Below, piece after piece: positions 19,391-29,878 of a stretch of 32,000 nt of DNA. Numbering within the stretch: the first letter of the stretch is position 1; each line of letters begins with the position of its first letter. The stretch comes from Isorropodon fossajaponicum endosymbiont JTNG4 (GTDB lineage: Bacteria; Pseudomonadota; Gammaproteobacteria; PS1; Pseudothioglobaceae). The notes beneath the pieces are model-generated. The model searched no databases and was not told the origin of the DNA. It worked only from the letters and a program-made list of their open reading frames with translations. The translations under genes were made by a program, and so were the position numbers. The stretch covers positions 240,001 to 272,000 of the forward strand of contig NZ_AP013043.1 in the NCBI RefSeq assembly GCF_016592615.1. Direction: 5' to 3'.

Positions 19391-19870
19391 AAAAAGCCAA
19401 ACATAATCAGCCAAAAAGTAATTATGACGCTGATATTATGGAAATTATAATCTTGATAAACACCAAACAGAATAAAACACTAATCAAACAACATCTGGAC
19501 ACACTACTAGACAAGGATGAGCGCTTATTCAAGACAAGCCCTCACTTTGAAAAAATTATTGTCAACTTTTTATCACTACATTAATCAATATTCAGATATT
19601 AAATCAAAGGACAATATACTAAAAACTCTGCAATTTTGTTGATATTTTAAGCCGTGGGGAAATTTAACAATGCCGATTGTTTGGAAATATTGCTGGCAAA
19701 TTACTTTAACTTGCTCAATACCAATGCACCGCTCTAACTGGGCAATGTGGTTGTAAAGACTGATTTATGTTGATATGGCCATTTAATTCTTAAAAACTAT
19801 CAATTTTGATAGTATGCATATTCCACAGAACTAGATATAATAGGCTTTAAGAAATCACAGCGAGGTATTT

Positions 19871-20887
19871 ATGAAAATTTTTAATCTTAAAGTTTGCTAT
19901 TCTTACTCTATCAATGCTTGTTGGCATTGCTAATGCACAACTGCCAATAAAATCAGGCGTGGTCACTGGTGGTATATCTCACACAATGTTGCCCTGGTTT
20001 AAAGACAGTTTTTTAGAAATTACTGACGATGTTGATGAAGCAAAGCAGCGCAATAAACATGTGTTGTTATTCTTTCATTTAGATGAATGTCCTTATTGTG
20101 GTCAAATGGTGAAAGATTTTAATAACCGCCGCTTAAAAATTTTATTCAACAACATTTTGACGTGATTGCTATTAATATTCGAGGCGATAAAGAACTGGCG
20201 ATTAATGAAAATCAATCGTTGAGTGAGAAAGAACTGGCAGCACAAGTCGAAGTGCAATATACACCAACTGTACTTTTTTTAAATCAAAAAAATGAAGCGG
20301 TAGTGCGAACAAATGGCTATCGCAAGCCTAAAAAATTGAAAAAAATTTTAGACTATGTATATAGCAAGGCATATGCAGAATTAACCTTAGCACAATATAT
20401 TGAAACAACTAAAAAAACGAGCAATTACCAACCACAAAGCCACGAAATGTTTCAAAAAATTAAGGATTTTTCCACTCTTAAAACACCATTAGCCATAATT
20501 TTTGAAGATAAAAGTTGCGACGCTTGTGCTTATTTTTATAATATAACGCTCAAGGACAGCGCTGTCGTCAATGGGTTTAACGCTTTTAGTGTGGTGCGTT
20601 TTGATGCTAGTTCCACGCAAACTATTATTGATAATAAAGGCAACCAAACCACACCTAAAGACTGGGTGCAACAACTTAAACTCAATTACCGACCTGGTAT
20701 TGTTTTGTTTAATGAAGGCGATGGAATCACCCGCATTGATGGATTTTTATACAACTTTCATTTTCAAGAAGTATTGCGTTACGTCAGTGGTGATTTTTAT
20801 CAAGAATTTGCAACTTATAACGCCTATCTTGCGTATAGACAAAGAGAATTGCTTAAACAGGGCATTGACATTGACATTCATAAATGA
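19871..20887 (+). pseudogene. periplasmic thioredoxin-fold protein with two CxxC motifs, interrupted by two 1-bp indels (or sequencing errors)
   Basis: - The signal peptide KFLILKFAILTLSMLVGIANA is out of frame with the ATG at 19871 (A4 run at 19874-19877).
- The first Trx-like domain carries HLDECPYCGQM.
- A frame change lies at about 20121-20126: KDFNN / PPLKNFIQQHFDVIAINIRGD.
- The second domain carries EDKSCDACAYF.
- The gene lies immediately upstream of dsbD. Confidence 0.6.
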
Positions 20888-20952
20888 TATTTACTTGCCG
20901 TAACTAAGCGTATAACATAGTAAGGCACAATTGATACATTGAGGAAAGAGGT

Positions 20953-23181
20953 ATGAAACGTTTATTACTACCCTTATTTTTTATATTATCCACATTCTCA
21001 TTAGCACAAGCAGAAGATGATTTGTTGCCATTAGATAAGGCATTTTCCTTTAAAGCTAGCGTGGTTAATAACGAAATATTGCTTAATTGGGATATTGCTA
21101 AAGGTTACTATCTTTATAAAGAAAAGATTAAGATTTCTGCTGATTTTTCAGCCCTGCTAGGCAGTGCTGAGTTCCCAATAGCAAAGATTAGAAATGATGA
21201 ATTTTTTGGCAAAATTGGGGTTTATCGTGATAATGCCGTGGTGGTGGTTCCTGTGCTTAAAGGCGACGCCAAATCTATTTTATTAACCGTTAGTTATCAA
21301 GGCTGTGCCGATTTGGGTGTTTGCTACCCACCTATTACTAAATCAGTTGCGCTTAATATCGGCTCAATGCGCTCGAGCTCCTTGGCTGATAATGCATTTA
21401 ATCTATTTTCACGAGCCACTAATAAGGCGCAATCAATTGTTGAAAAAATCATTTCAGTCTCTGATGAGCCTCTACCTGCAGACGATGCATTTAAATTTTC
21501 AGTGGTGGCAATTGATGCTAATACGCTACTAGCAAGATGGGCCATTCATCAAGAATATTATTTATATCATGATAAGTTCTTCTTTGATATCAAAGGGGCA
21601 AAATTTGGCGATATTGTCTTTCCAAAAGGTAAAATTAAAGACGATGAATTTTTTGGCAAAATTGAGGTTCACAAAGGCGTATTAGAAGTTAAGATTCCGA
21701 TCACTAATGTCAGCAATCAGCCAATTACTGTTATCGTTAAATATCAAGGCTGTTGGGAGGGTGGTGTTTGCTATCCGCCACAAGAAAAAACTAAAGATAT
21801 TATACTACCCTCTCAAACAGGTAGTTCTAACGTCAACACCACACCTGAAAAAACTTCAGCACCCAATACACAGGTTGAGTTAAACGAGGCTGACCAAATT
21901 ACCGCATTGCTCCAACAAGACAGTATATTGTTAGTATTGGCAAGTTTCTTTGGCTTTGGCTTATTACTATCATTAACCCCTTGCGTGTTTCCAATGATTC
22001 CAATTCTGTCAGGCATTATTGTGGGTCAAAAAGGCGAAGTTAGCACTAAAAAAGCGCTGATTATGTCCATTGTGTTTGTATTATCCATGAGCATAACCTA
22101 TTCAATTGCGGGTGTACTGGCAGGCTATTTTGGTGAAAATTTACAGGCGTTGTTCCAAACCCCTTGGATACTGGCTATTTTCAGTTTGATTTTTGTCGCC
22201 TTGGCATTTTCCATGTTTGGCTATTATGAAATCCAACTGCCTGCCAGCTTACAAGGAAAAATCACAAAAATAAGCAATGATCAAGAAGGTAGGCACCTAA
22301 TTGGTGTGGCCATTATGGGCTTTTTATCAGCACTTATTGTGGGGCCTTGCGTTGCGCCACCGCTAGCAGGTGCGCTGATTTATATTGGACAAACTGGCGA
22401 TGCATTATTAGGTGGACTATCGCTGTTTGTAATGAGTTTAGGTATGGGTGCACCACTTGTTGCGATTGGTGCAGGCGTAAGCAAACTACCTAAAGCAGGC
22501 GACTGGATGGATAATGTTAAATACGTCTTTGGTATTTTAATGCTGGTCGTAGCAATTTATCTTCTTGATAGAATTGTCTCACCCCTTGCATCACTTGTAT
22601 TATGGGCGATGCTCATTACTATATCACCAATTGCGATGGGTACATTGAACACACAAACAAGCACTTCAAGCCCTTGGCAACGTATTTTTAAAGCATTAGG
22701 TTTAATCATACTGGGCTATGGCATCTTGCTTTGGGTATTAGTAGCACGCGGTGGTGGCGATATGTTCCAACCGCTATCAGATTGGGGCGCATCAAATGTA
22801 GCAACTGAATCAGTCCAAATAAAATTTGAACGCATTAAATCGGTGGATGAGCTAGACCAAATTCTAGCAAAAGCGAAGAGCAACAACCAAATTGTTATGT
22901 TAGATTTTTATGCTGACTGGTGTATCTCTTGTAAAGAGCTTGAGCGTTTTGTATTTTCTAATGCTAATGTGGTTAACGAAATGGCCATGGCTAATGTCAT
23001 TACACTTCAAGCCGACGTAACTGAAAATAATGCCAACGATAAAGCATTGATGAAACGATTTGGCCTTGTTGGTCCGCCTGCTATTTTGTTTTTCAACAAT
23101 GGTATTGAGAGTCGCTCGCAAAGAATTATTGGTGAGATTAACGTACAAGACTTTCTCATCCATCTTAATAAAACCAAATAA
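20953..23181 (+). CDS. dsbD: thiol:disulfide interchange protein DsbD with a tandemly duplicated N-terminal (alpha) domain
   Basis: - 742 aa with a signal peptide.
- Two DsbD-alpha-like domains are present: 21013-21354 with YQGCADLGVCYPP and 21463-21801 with YQGCWEGGVCYPP.
- The TM core has LTPCVFPMIPIL and VGPCVAPPLAGAL.
- The C-terminal thioredoxin domain has YADWCISCKELE. Confidence 0.9.
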   Translation: MKRLLLPLFFILSTFSLAQAEDDLLPLDKAFSFKASVVNNEILLNWDIAKGYYLYKEKIKISADFSALLGSAEFPIAKIRNDEFFGKIGVYRDNAVVVVPVLKGDAKSILLTVSYQGCADLGVCYPPITKSVALNIGSMRSSSLADNAFNLFSRATNKAQSIVEKIISVSDEPLPADDAFKFSVVAIDANTLLARWAIHQEYYLYHDKFFFDIKGAKFGDIVFPKGKIKDDEFFGKIEVHKGVLEVKIPITNVSNQPITVIVKYQGCWEGGVCYPPQEKTKDIILPSQTGSSNVNTTPEKTSAPNTQVELNEADQITALLQQDSILLVLASFFGFGLLLSLTPCVFPMIPILSGIIVGQKGEVSTKKALIMSIVFVLSMSITYSIAGVLAGYFGENLQALFQTPWILAIFSLIFVALAFSMFGYYEIQLPASLQGKITKISNDQEGRHLIGVAIMGFLSALIVGPCVAPPLAGALIYIGQTGDALLGGLSLFVMSLGMGAPLVAIGAGVSKLPKAGDWMDNVKYVFGILMLVVAIYLLDRIVSPLASLVLWAMLITISPIAMGTLNTQTSTSSPWQRIFKALGLIILGYGILLWVLVARGGGDMFQPLSDWGASNVATESVQIKFERIKSVDELDQILAKAKSNNQIVMLDFYADWCISCKELERFVFSNANVVNEMAMANVITLQADVTENNANDKALMKRFGLVGPPAILFFNNGIESRSQRIIGEINVQDFLIHLNKTK

Positions 23182-23266
23182 AATAAGCAAAAATGCCGAT
23201 AAAACCAACTATCGTACACGATATTGGTGGTATAATCGGCTTTATTTAAATTTTTCTTATTAACAA

Positions 23267-23716
23267 ATGGATGTTCTATTATTAAACGGTCCTAACCTTA
23301 ATCTGCTTGGCACTCGCGAGCCTGACTATTATGGCGCACAAACACTGGACGATATTACCAGTCATCTTGCAAAAATAGCAAATGACGCCGAGCTTATACT
23401 TGAACACCATCAAGACAATTCAGAAGCAGGATTAATTGAACATATTCACAACGCCACCAATAACGGCGTTCAATATATCATTATCAATCCTGCAGCTTTC
23501 ACACATACATCAGTCGCTTTGCGTGATGCCCTGCTCGCTGTAGGTATTGAGTTCACCGAAGTTCACCTATCTAATGTACATAAGCGTGAAGATTTTCGCA
23601 AACAATCTTATTTTTCAGACATTGCACAAGGTGTCATTTCAGGCTTTGGCGCTCAAGGCTATGAATTTGCACTACAAGTCGCAATTCAACATATTCAACA
23701 ATTAAAGAGGTCATGA
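23267..23716 (+). CDS. aroQ: type II 3-dehydroquinate dehydratase
   Basis: 149 aa with [37 protein letters not shown] and [11 protein letters not shown]. Confidence 0.9.
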   Translation: MDVLLLNGPNLNLLGTREPDYYGAQTLDDITSHLAKIANDAELILEHHQDNSEAGLIEHIHNATNNGVQYIIINPAAFTHTSVALRDALLAVGIEFTEVHLSNVHKREDFRKQSYFSDIAQGVISGFGAQGYEFALQVAIQHIQQLKRS

Positions 23717-24157
23717 ATGGACATTCGTAAAGTAAAAAAATTAATGGAATTGTTAGAACAATCTGGTATGAATGAAATTGAAATTGTTGAGGGTAAAGAA
23801 TCCGTACGCATCTCGCGCTATGGCAACGCCCCTATAGCAGCACCAGCACCAGCACCAGTAGCAGCCCCAGCGGAAGCTCCTACAATAGTAACACCGTCTG
23901 AAGATAGTGCACCAACAGTAAATGGACATCCTATCACTTCGCCTATGGTTGGTACTTTTTATGGCGCAACATCGTCCACTTCTGATGCCTTTATTAAAAT
24001 TGGTCAACACGTCAACCAAGGCGATACAATTTGTATCGTTGAGGCTATGAAAATCATGAACCAAATCGAGGCAGACCAATCTGGAACAGTCACTGAGATC
24101 TTATGTACAGATGGTGATGCGATTGAATTTGGTCAAACACTAGTCGTCGTTCAATGA
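23717..24157 (+). CDS. accB: acetyl-CoA carboxylase biotin carboxyl carrier protein
   Basis: 146 aa with an Ala/Pro linker and the biotinylation motif [13 protein letters not shown]. Confidence 0.9.
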   Translation: MDIRKVKKLMELLEQSGMNEIEIVEGKESVRISRYGNAPIAAPAPAPVAAPAEAPTIVTPSEDSAPTVNGHPITSPMVGTFYGATSSTSDAFIKIGQHVNQGDTICIVEAMKIMNQIEADQSGTVTEILCTDGDAIEFGQTLVVVQ

Positions 24158-25512
24158 CGCCAATGAACAAAATCCGAAAGGTTCTCATTGCTAACCGCGG
24201 TGAAATTGCGCTTAGAATTTTAAGAGCTTGTAAGGAGCTAGGCATCAAAACCGTTGCTGTATATTCAACAGCGGACAAAGACCTTAAGCATGTGCGTTTG
24301 TCTGACGAGGCTGTGTGCATTGGTCCACATCCATCAAAAGACAGCTATTTAAACATCCCCGCACTGATTGCTGCTGCAGAAGTTACTCACGCTGATGCCA
24401 TTCATCCTGGCTATGGTTTTTTATCTGAAAGTGCAGATTTTGCACAACGTGTTGAAGAAAGTGGTTTTATTTTTATCGGTCCACATGCGGATAATATTCG
24501 CGTCATGGGCGACAAAGTCGCTGCCATTAAGGCCATGCAAAAATCCGGCGTGCCTTGTGTACCTGGATCAGATGGTGGCTTGACTGAAGACGCTACTCAA
24601 AACACCAAGCTTGCTCGTGCTATTGGCTTTCCAATTATCATCAAAGCCTCTGGCGGTGGCGGTGGTCGTGGCATGCGTGTGGTTAAAAAAGAAGCCGACC
24701 TGCTTGATTCGATTGAGTTGACTAAAACAGAAGCACTTAACTTTTTTGGCAACGGCGAAGTGTATATGGAGAAATTTTTAACCACGCCTAGGCACGTTGA
24801 GATTCAAATATTAGCTGATGAACATGGCAATGCTGTGCACTTAGGCGAACGTGACTGTTCAATGCAAAGACGCCATCAAAAAGTAGTAGAAGAAGCGCCA
24901 GCACCTGGCATCACGCCAGAATTGCGCCAAAAAATCGGCAGTGCTTGTACGAACGCTTGCAAGGCAATTAATTATCGCAGCGCTGGTACGTTCGAATTTT
25001 TATTTGAAAATGATGAATTCTATTTCATTGAAATGAACACTCGTGTTCAAGTTGAACACCCTGTCACTGAAATGATTACTGGCATTGATATTGTGCGTGA
25101 ACAAATACGCATTGCCGATGGTCAAACACTCTCATTCACACAAGATGATGTGAAAATCAAAGGCCATGCGATTGAGTGCCGTATTAATGCTGAAGACCCT
25201 AATAATTTTATGCCTTCACCAGGGAAAATCACTCAATATCATGTTGCTGGTGGTTTAGGCGTGCGTGTTGATTCACACATATATAACGGTTATACCGTGC
25301 CACCCCATTATGATTCTATGATTGGCAAACTGATTACTTTTGCTGATACTCGACTAGGCGCTATTATCAAAATGCAAAATGCACTGGATGAAATGGTGAT
25401 TGATGGCATTAAAACCAATATCACCTTACAAAGAAGAATTATGGATGACAAAGCCTTCCAAAAAGGTGGCATGAATATCCACTACCTCGAAAAAATGCTG
25501 GGGGCTCACTAG
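24154..25512 (+). CDS. accC: acetyl-CoA carboxylase biotin carboxylase subunit
   Basis: [28 protein letters not shown] and [14 protein letters not shown] are present. The true start may be the ATG at 24166 (MNKIRK) rather than the overlapping one at 24154. Confidence 0.92.
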   Translation: MTPMNKIRKVLIANRGEIALRILRACKELGIKTVAVYSTADKDLKHVRLSDEAVCIGPHPSKDSYLNIPALIAAAEVTHADAIHPGYGFLSESADFAQRVEESGFIFIGPHADNIRVMGDKVAAIKAMQKSGVPCVPGSDGGLTEDATQNTKLARAIGFPIIIKASGGGGGRGMRVVKKEADLLDSIELTKTEALNFFGNGEVYMEKFLTTPRHVEIQILADEHGNAVHLGERDCSMQRRHQKVVEEAPAPGITPELRQKIGSACTNACKAINYRSAGTFEFLFENDEFYFIEMNTRVQVEHPVTEMITGIDIVREQIRIADGQTLSFTQDDVKIKGHAIECRINAEDPNNFMPSPGKITQYHVAGGLGVRVDSHIYNGYTVPPHYDSMIGKLITFADTRLGAIIKMQNALDEMVIDGIKTNITLQRRIMDDKAFQKGGMNIHYLEKMLGAH

Positions 25513-25513
25513 T

Positions 25514-26536
25514 ATGATTAAGGTAGGTATTGTTGGCGCTACTGGGTATACAGGACTAGAACTTATACGTCTTTTACACAATCATCCAAGTGCAAAAATT
25601 ATTGCCCTATGTTCAAGGGCAAATACTGGCAAAGCCGTTGTTGAAGAATTTCCCAGCTTGACAGGCTATGTTGATTTTAACTTTATTGCGCCAGATGATA
25701 AAACATTATTTGAGTGCGACGTTATTTTCTTTGCCACACCGCACGGCGTAGCTATGAACAGCGTTAGCCAATTCTTAGACAAGAGCATCAAAATAATTGA
25801 TTTAGGTGCTGATTTTCGTATTAAAGATAGCATTGAGTGGAGTAAATGGTATGGCATGACACACACACAAAGCGCTTTATTAGAAAATGCCATTTATGGC
25901 TTGCCTGAAGTTTACAGCTCACAAATCAAAAACGCCACCTTGGTTGCTAACCCTGGGTGCTATCCAACTGCAATCACGCTAGCACTTAAGCCTTTGCTTG
26001 AAACAAATTCCATTGATACAAAAAGCATTATTGCTGATTGCAAATCAGGCATTAGTGGTGCAGGCAGGGGTGCTAATATTGCCACACTTTTTTGCGAAGT
26101 AAACGAGTCCTTAAAGCCTTATAATGTTAATCAACACCGTCACAAGCCTGAAATACAACAAGTGTTAACAGACATTGCAAATACAGATGTGGATTTTATC
26201 TTTACCCCACACTTGATACCCATGACTCGGGGCATGCTTGCCAGTGTTTACGTTGATTTAACAAAGGACATCGATGCACAAGAATTGTTTGAAAACCACT
26301 ACCAAGACAACAGATTTGTTCATGTATTGCCAGCTGGTATTTATCCACAAACCAAATCAGTTAAAGGCACGAATAATTGCCATATTGGTGTTCAAAAATC
26401 AAACAACAAGCTTATTATTATGACGGTTATTGATAACGTAGGTAAGGGTGCCTCAGGGCAAGCCATACAAAACATGAACCTCATGTTTGGACTTGATGAA
26501 GGCTTAGGATTAGAGCAAATTGGCTTATTGCCATAA
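25514..26536 (+). CDS. argC: N-acetyl-gamma-glutamyl-phosphate reductase
   Basis: 340 aa with VGIVGATGYTGLELIRLL and the active-site sequence LVANPGCYPTA. Confidence 0.9.
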   Translation: MIKVGIVGATGYTGLELIRLLHNHPSAKIIALCSRANTGKAVVEEFPSLTGYVDFNFIAPDDKTLFECDVIFFATPHGVAMNSVSQFLDKSIKIIDLGADFRIKDSIEWSKWYGMTHTQSALLENAIYGLPEVYSSQIKNATLVANPGCYPTAITLALKPLLETNSIDTKSIIADCKSGISGAGRGANIATLFCEVNESLKPYNVNQHRHKPEIQQVLTDIANTDVDFIFTPHLIPMTRGMLASVYVDLTKDIDAQELFENHYQDNRFVHVLPAGIYPQTKSVKGTNNCHIGVQKSNNKLIIMTVIDNVGKGASGQAIQNMNLMFGLDEGLGLEQIGLLP

Positions 26537-26545
26537 GGGAGCAAC

Positions 26546-26899
26546 ATGGAAACAGAACAAGTTTTAGAAAAAGCAGACATTATTTTTAGCGACAATGCCG
26601 CTAAAAAAGTATCAACGCTCATTGAAGAGGAAAAAAACGACAACTTACATTTGCGTGTTTATATCACAGGTGGTGGTTGCTCTGGCTTTTCCTATGGCTT
26701 TACCTTTGATGAGGCCTACAAAGAAGGCGATTCAAGTGTTGAGAACAGCGGCGTACAATTAGTCGTTGACCCCATGAGTTATCAATACTTAATTGGTGCA
26801 ACCGTTGATTATTTAGAAGACTTACAAGGCGCACGTTTCATTATTCATAACCCAAATGCCAAAACCACTTGTGGTTGTGGCTCGTCTTTTTCTGTTTAA
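26546..26899 (+). CDS. erpA: iron-sulfur cluster insertion protein ErpA (A-type carrier)
   Basis: 117 aa with [11 protein letters not shown] and the C-terminal CGCGSSFSV. Confidence 0.85.
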   Translation: METEQVLEKADIIFSDNAAKKVSTLIEEEKNDNLHLRVYITGGGCSGFSYGFTFDEAYKEGDSSVENSGVQLVVDPMSYQYLIGATVDYLEDLQGARFIIHNPNAKTTCGCGSSFSV

Positions 26900-26914
26900 A
26901 GAAAATAGATAAAA

Positions 26915-28465
26915 ATGTCTACCAAGTTTTTTACTAACAAAGAAAAACACACTTTATTTAATAAACTAACGGGCATTTTTAAACACAATCAAAATATTAA
27001 TCATTTTGATGTTTTAGTGGGCTATTTTCGCTCATCGGGGTATTTTAAACTCCACCCTCTGCTAGAGAATGTTGCTAATATCCGTATCTTGGTTGGGATA
27101 GATGTTGATAAATTAACACAAGAAAGTTGCTCTCTAGGATTGATTTATCAAGAAGATAAAGAAAAAGTTGAACAATCGTGGCAACAGAAATTCACTACCG
27201 ATATTAAACAAGCCAATTATGATGAGCAGACCGAGCAAGGGGACAAGCAATTTATCCAGGATATGCTTAGTGGTAAAGTCAGTCTAAAGGCACATCCCAG
27301 TCAAAAAATCCACGCTAAAATCTATATTTTTCGTCCTGATAATTTTAACGAGCATGCTGCCAATAGCGTGATTACAGGCTCGCCCAATTTAACCGATACA
27401 GGTTAGGTACTCAGCAAACTGCCAATTATGAATTTAATGTTTTACTCAATGATTATGATGAGGTTAAATTTGCCACTGATGAGTTTGACCCAAATTCTAT
27501 TAAAGATTTACCCAATGGTTTTAAACGTCTGTCTTATCAAATGGATGCGGTTAATGAAGGCTGGGAAATGCTTAAAAAACATAACGGCTTCTTTCTTTCC
27601 GATGTGGTTGGACTGGGTAAGACAATGATTGCTACTTTAATTGCCAAACAGTTTCTGTTCTTAGGTGGGCGAGACTATAACCCTAATATTTTATTAATTG
27701 TGCCACCCGCACCCGCCCTCAAACAAAATTGGGAAGACACTCTAATGAAATTTGAAATTAGAGGCAAAGTTAAAATTTTCACCAATGGCAGTCTGCATAA
27801 AATAACCAGTCCCAAAGATTACGATATGGTAATTGTGGATGAGGTGCAGAAATTTCGTAATAACACCGCCACCGCCCAGGCATACGATCAATTGCAACAA
27901 ATTTGTAAAACAAAAACCTCTGCTAATAAAGCTAAAAAAGTAATGCTCATTTCTGCCGCGCCACTTAATAATCGCCCTGATGATTTATACAATCAGATTT
28001 TATTATTTCAAGATGGCAATAATTCGACCCTTGATTTCCCCTTAGCCAGTTTTTTCACCAAGGCAAAGAAAGAATATAAAGAAATATTACAACTCTTCAA
28101 TAATAAAAAAGCCAGGGAACAAACAGCTAAACTTTATGAAGAAATTAGAGAAAGGGTAATAACCCCACTAATGGTTAGGAGGACAGGACACGCACTGATT
28201 TGATAAATAGTGAACGCTATAAGAAAGATTTAGACGAGCATGGCGTTGTCTTTCCGAAAACCACACCACCAAAACCAATTTATTATCAATTAGAGAAAGA
28301 TTTAGAGTATTTATATAATGATACGATTAAAAAAATAGACAATAAAAAACAAGATAAAACAGGACTATTGCATACTCGTTATCGTGCATTACATCATCTA
28401 AAGCCAGAATTAAAACAAAACTACATTCGAGCAGATTTCATTGCTGAACGCCTAGTGGCAATCAT
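26915..28465 (+). pseudogene. PLD-nuclease / SNF2-family helicase fusion (defence/R-M-associated), frameshifted and 3'-truncated
   Basis: - The N-terminal PLD fold has DVLVGYFRSSGYF...IRILVGID and the HxK motif KIHAKIYIF.
- A frame change at about 27403 splits NLTDTG / LGTQQTANYEFNVLL.
- SNF2 motifs I-III are present: LSDVVGLGKT, MVIVDEVQKFRN, LISAAPLNNRPDDLYNQILLF.
- A 5-bp tandem duplication ggaca x2 lies at 28181-28190. Removing it restores MVRRTRTDLINSERYKKDL.
- The helicase C-terminal domain is absent, and homology ends at about 28465. Confidence 0.75.
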
Positions 28466-28921
28466 TTAATCGAGCGAGAGAAAATTGGCAAAAAGCAGGT
28501 AGAAGTAAAAAATGGATTGAAAGGAGGATGAGCGGGCAAGAAACCCGCAACAAACTCACCGATTATTGGCAAGAAAATAAAGTTAAGGAAGGGCAAGAAT
28601 TTGCTATTTTGACCAATATTATTCATTCTGAGTGGAGCGGTTTGTCTGTTACCGAGCATAAAGCGCTTAAAAATTTAGACAACCAAAACCTACGTGACCA
28701 TATGAGTAAGGCAGAGCTAATTTTTACCGCTTTGGCAGAATTATCAACTCGACAAATTGCTAAAAATGACCTGGCAACTGGGCTTGAAGAAAACAAACAA
28801 TCGTGCCAAAAAAGGCGGCACGATTGCCAAAAATGCCCGCAAAGAATTAGAAAAAAACACCTATAAAAAGATAGTGGATAAAACTAACTTTTTGAACCCG
28901 AATAGACTGGATAAAATCTAA
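28466..28921 (+). pseudogene. second DinD-like gene, 3' fragment lacking the Bro-N domain, frameshifted
   Basis: - FNRARENWQKAGRSKKWIERRMSGQETRNKLTDYWQ...NLRDHMSKAELIFTALAELSTRQIA aligns with the middle and C-terminal part of the 2949-3564 protein. It is a diverged paralogue, not a copy.
- A frame change at about 28805 is needed to read EENKQSAKKGGTIAKNARKELEKNT.
- The stop overlaps the next ATG (TAATG at 28919-28923). Confidence 0.6.
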
Positions 28922-29718
28922 TGGAATTTTTTTAAAAAGCCTATGAAAGAGAAGATTACTTAAGCTTTTTAAACGATAAATTTAATTTTTCTGAACTTAT
29001 TCAGACCACGCGTATTATCGATGATGATGTTCAAAGTTTTGAGCAATTAGGATTTATAACCATTGATGACAATAAGTTACCTGTGTTTGAGATTCACATC
29101 AAGCCCAATACCAAGTTAGCACGAAACCGTGTGCAATTACGCAATTTAGTTGTCAAACAAATCCAAACTGAAGACGACGCAATCGCCGTTTATGTAGATG
29201 ACAAAAATAAATTATGGCGCTTTAGTTTTATTGCTATTGAATACAAATGGGGCGATGACGGCATAGAGAAAATACAAACAGCCAGCAAGCGCTTTACTTA
29301 TCTTTTTGGCGAAGGGGCAAAAGTAAGAACGTTAACCCAGCGTTTTAAAGTGCTTAACAAGCAATCAACTTTAGAGGATTTAAAAACCGCATTTGCCGTT
29401 GAACAGTTAAACAAATATTTTACAATAAGTTTTATGAATGGTATGAAAAAGTCCAAACACAAGTTGAATTTCCCAATGATGAACATGATAAAAATCATAC
29501 TCAGACTAGCCTTATTCGTTTTTTAACCAGAATATTATTTGTCTTTTTTTTAAAAGAGAAAAAACCTATCAATCCTGATTTATTTGATTTAGAAAAATTA
29601 AAAGACCTGCTTGATTATGAAAAAAATAGCAGTTTTTATAAAGCCATATTGCAAAACTTATTTTTTGCAAACACTGAACCGACAAATTAAAGACAGAGAT
29701 TTTCGAATAAACGAAATC
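28921..29718 (+). pseudogene. N6-adenine DNA methyltransferase (Eco57I/type IIG/PglX-like class), N-terminal region only, disrupted
   Basis: - The family-typical N-terminus includes LPVFEIHIKPNTKLARNRVQLRNLV...WRFSFI...KRFTYLFGEGAKVRT...AFAVEQLNK.
- After a frameshift near 29415 it reads FYNKFYEWYEKV...SLIRFLTRILFVFFLKEKKPINPDLF...FYKAILQNLFFA.
- After a further extra base near 29668 it reads TLNRQIKDRDFR.
- In-frame TAA at 28933-28935.
- The catalytic and TRD parts are absent. Confidence 0.65.
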
Positions 29719-29878
29719 CTTATTCAAAATCCTTAACTGCTGCTTATTTAGGCATGAAACCAGAGTCCTTTTCAAGAACGCTGGCAGAACTGAAAAAGGA
29801 TGGCATCATTCTAGATAATAAAAAAATCAAACTAGCCAATGGTCATGAATTGTGCGGTTATTGTGATAAAGTTACCGG
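29719..29878 (+). pseudogene. Crp/Fnr-family transcription factor, C-terminal HTH fragment
   Basis: PYSKSLTAAYLGMKPESFSRTLAELKKDGIILDNKKIKLANGHELCGYCDKVTG is a Crp/Fnr-type HTH region. There is no N-terminal cNMP/sensor domain, and the 3' end runs into the IS left end. Confidence 0.6.

Noticed and set aside
23185-23262. An imperfect long hairpin (gccgat...ccaactatcgt-ac-acgatattgg...atcggc) between dsbD and aroQ, considered as a terminator, plus a TATAAT at 23231-23236 considered as the aroQ promoter.
   Set aside because: The stem is interrupted, the loop is large and there is no clean T tract. No convincing -35 lies at the right spacing. It is too weak to list as a feature.
23820-23885. A gcaccagcaccagcaccagtagcagccccagc repeat.
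   Set aside because: It encodes the normal Ala/Pro-rich flexible linker of AccB.
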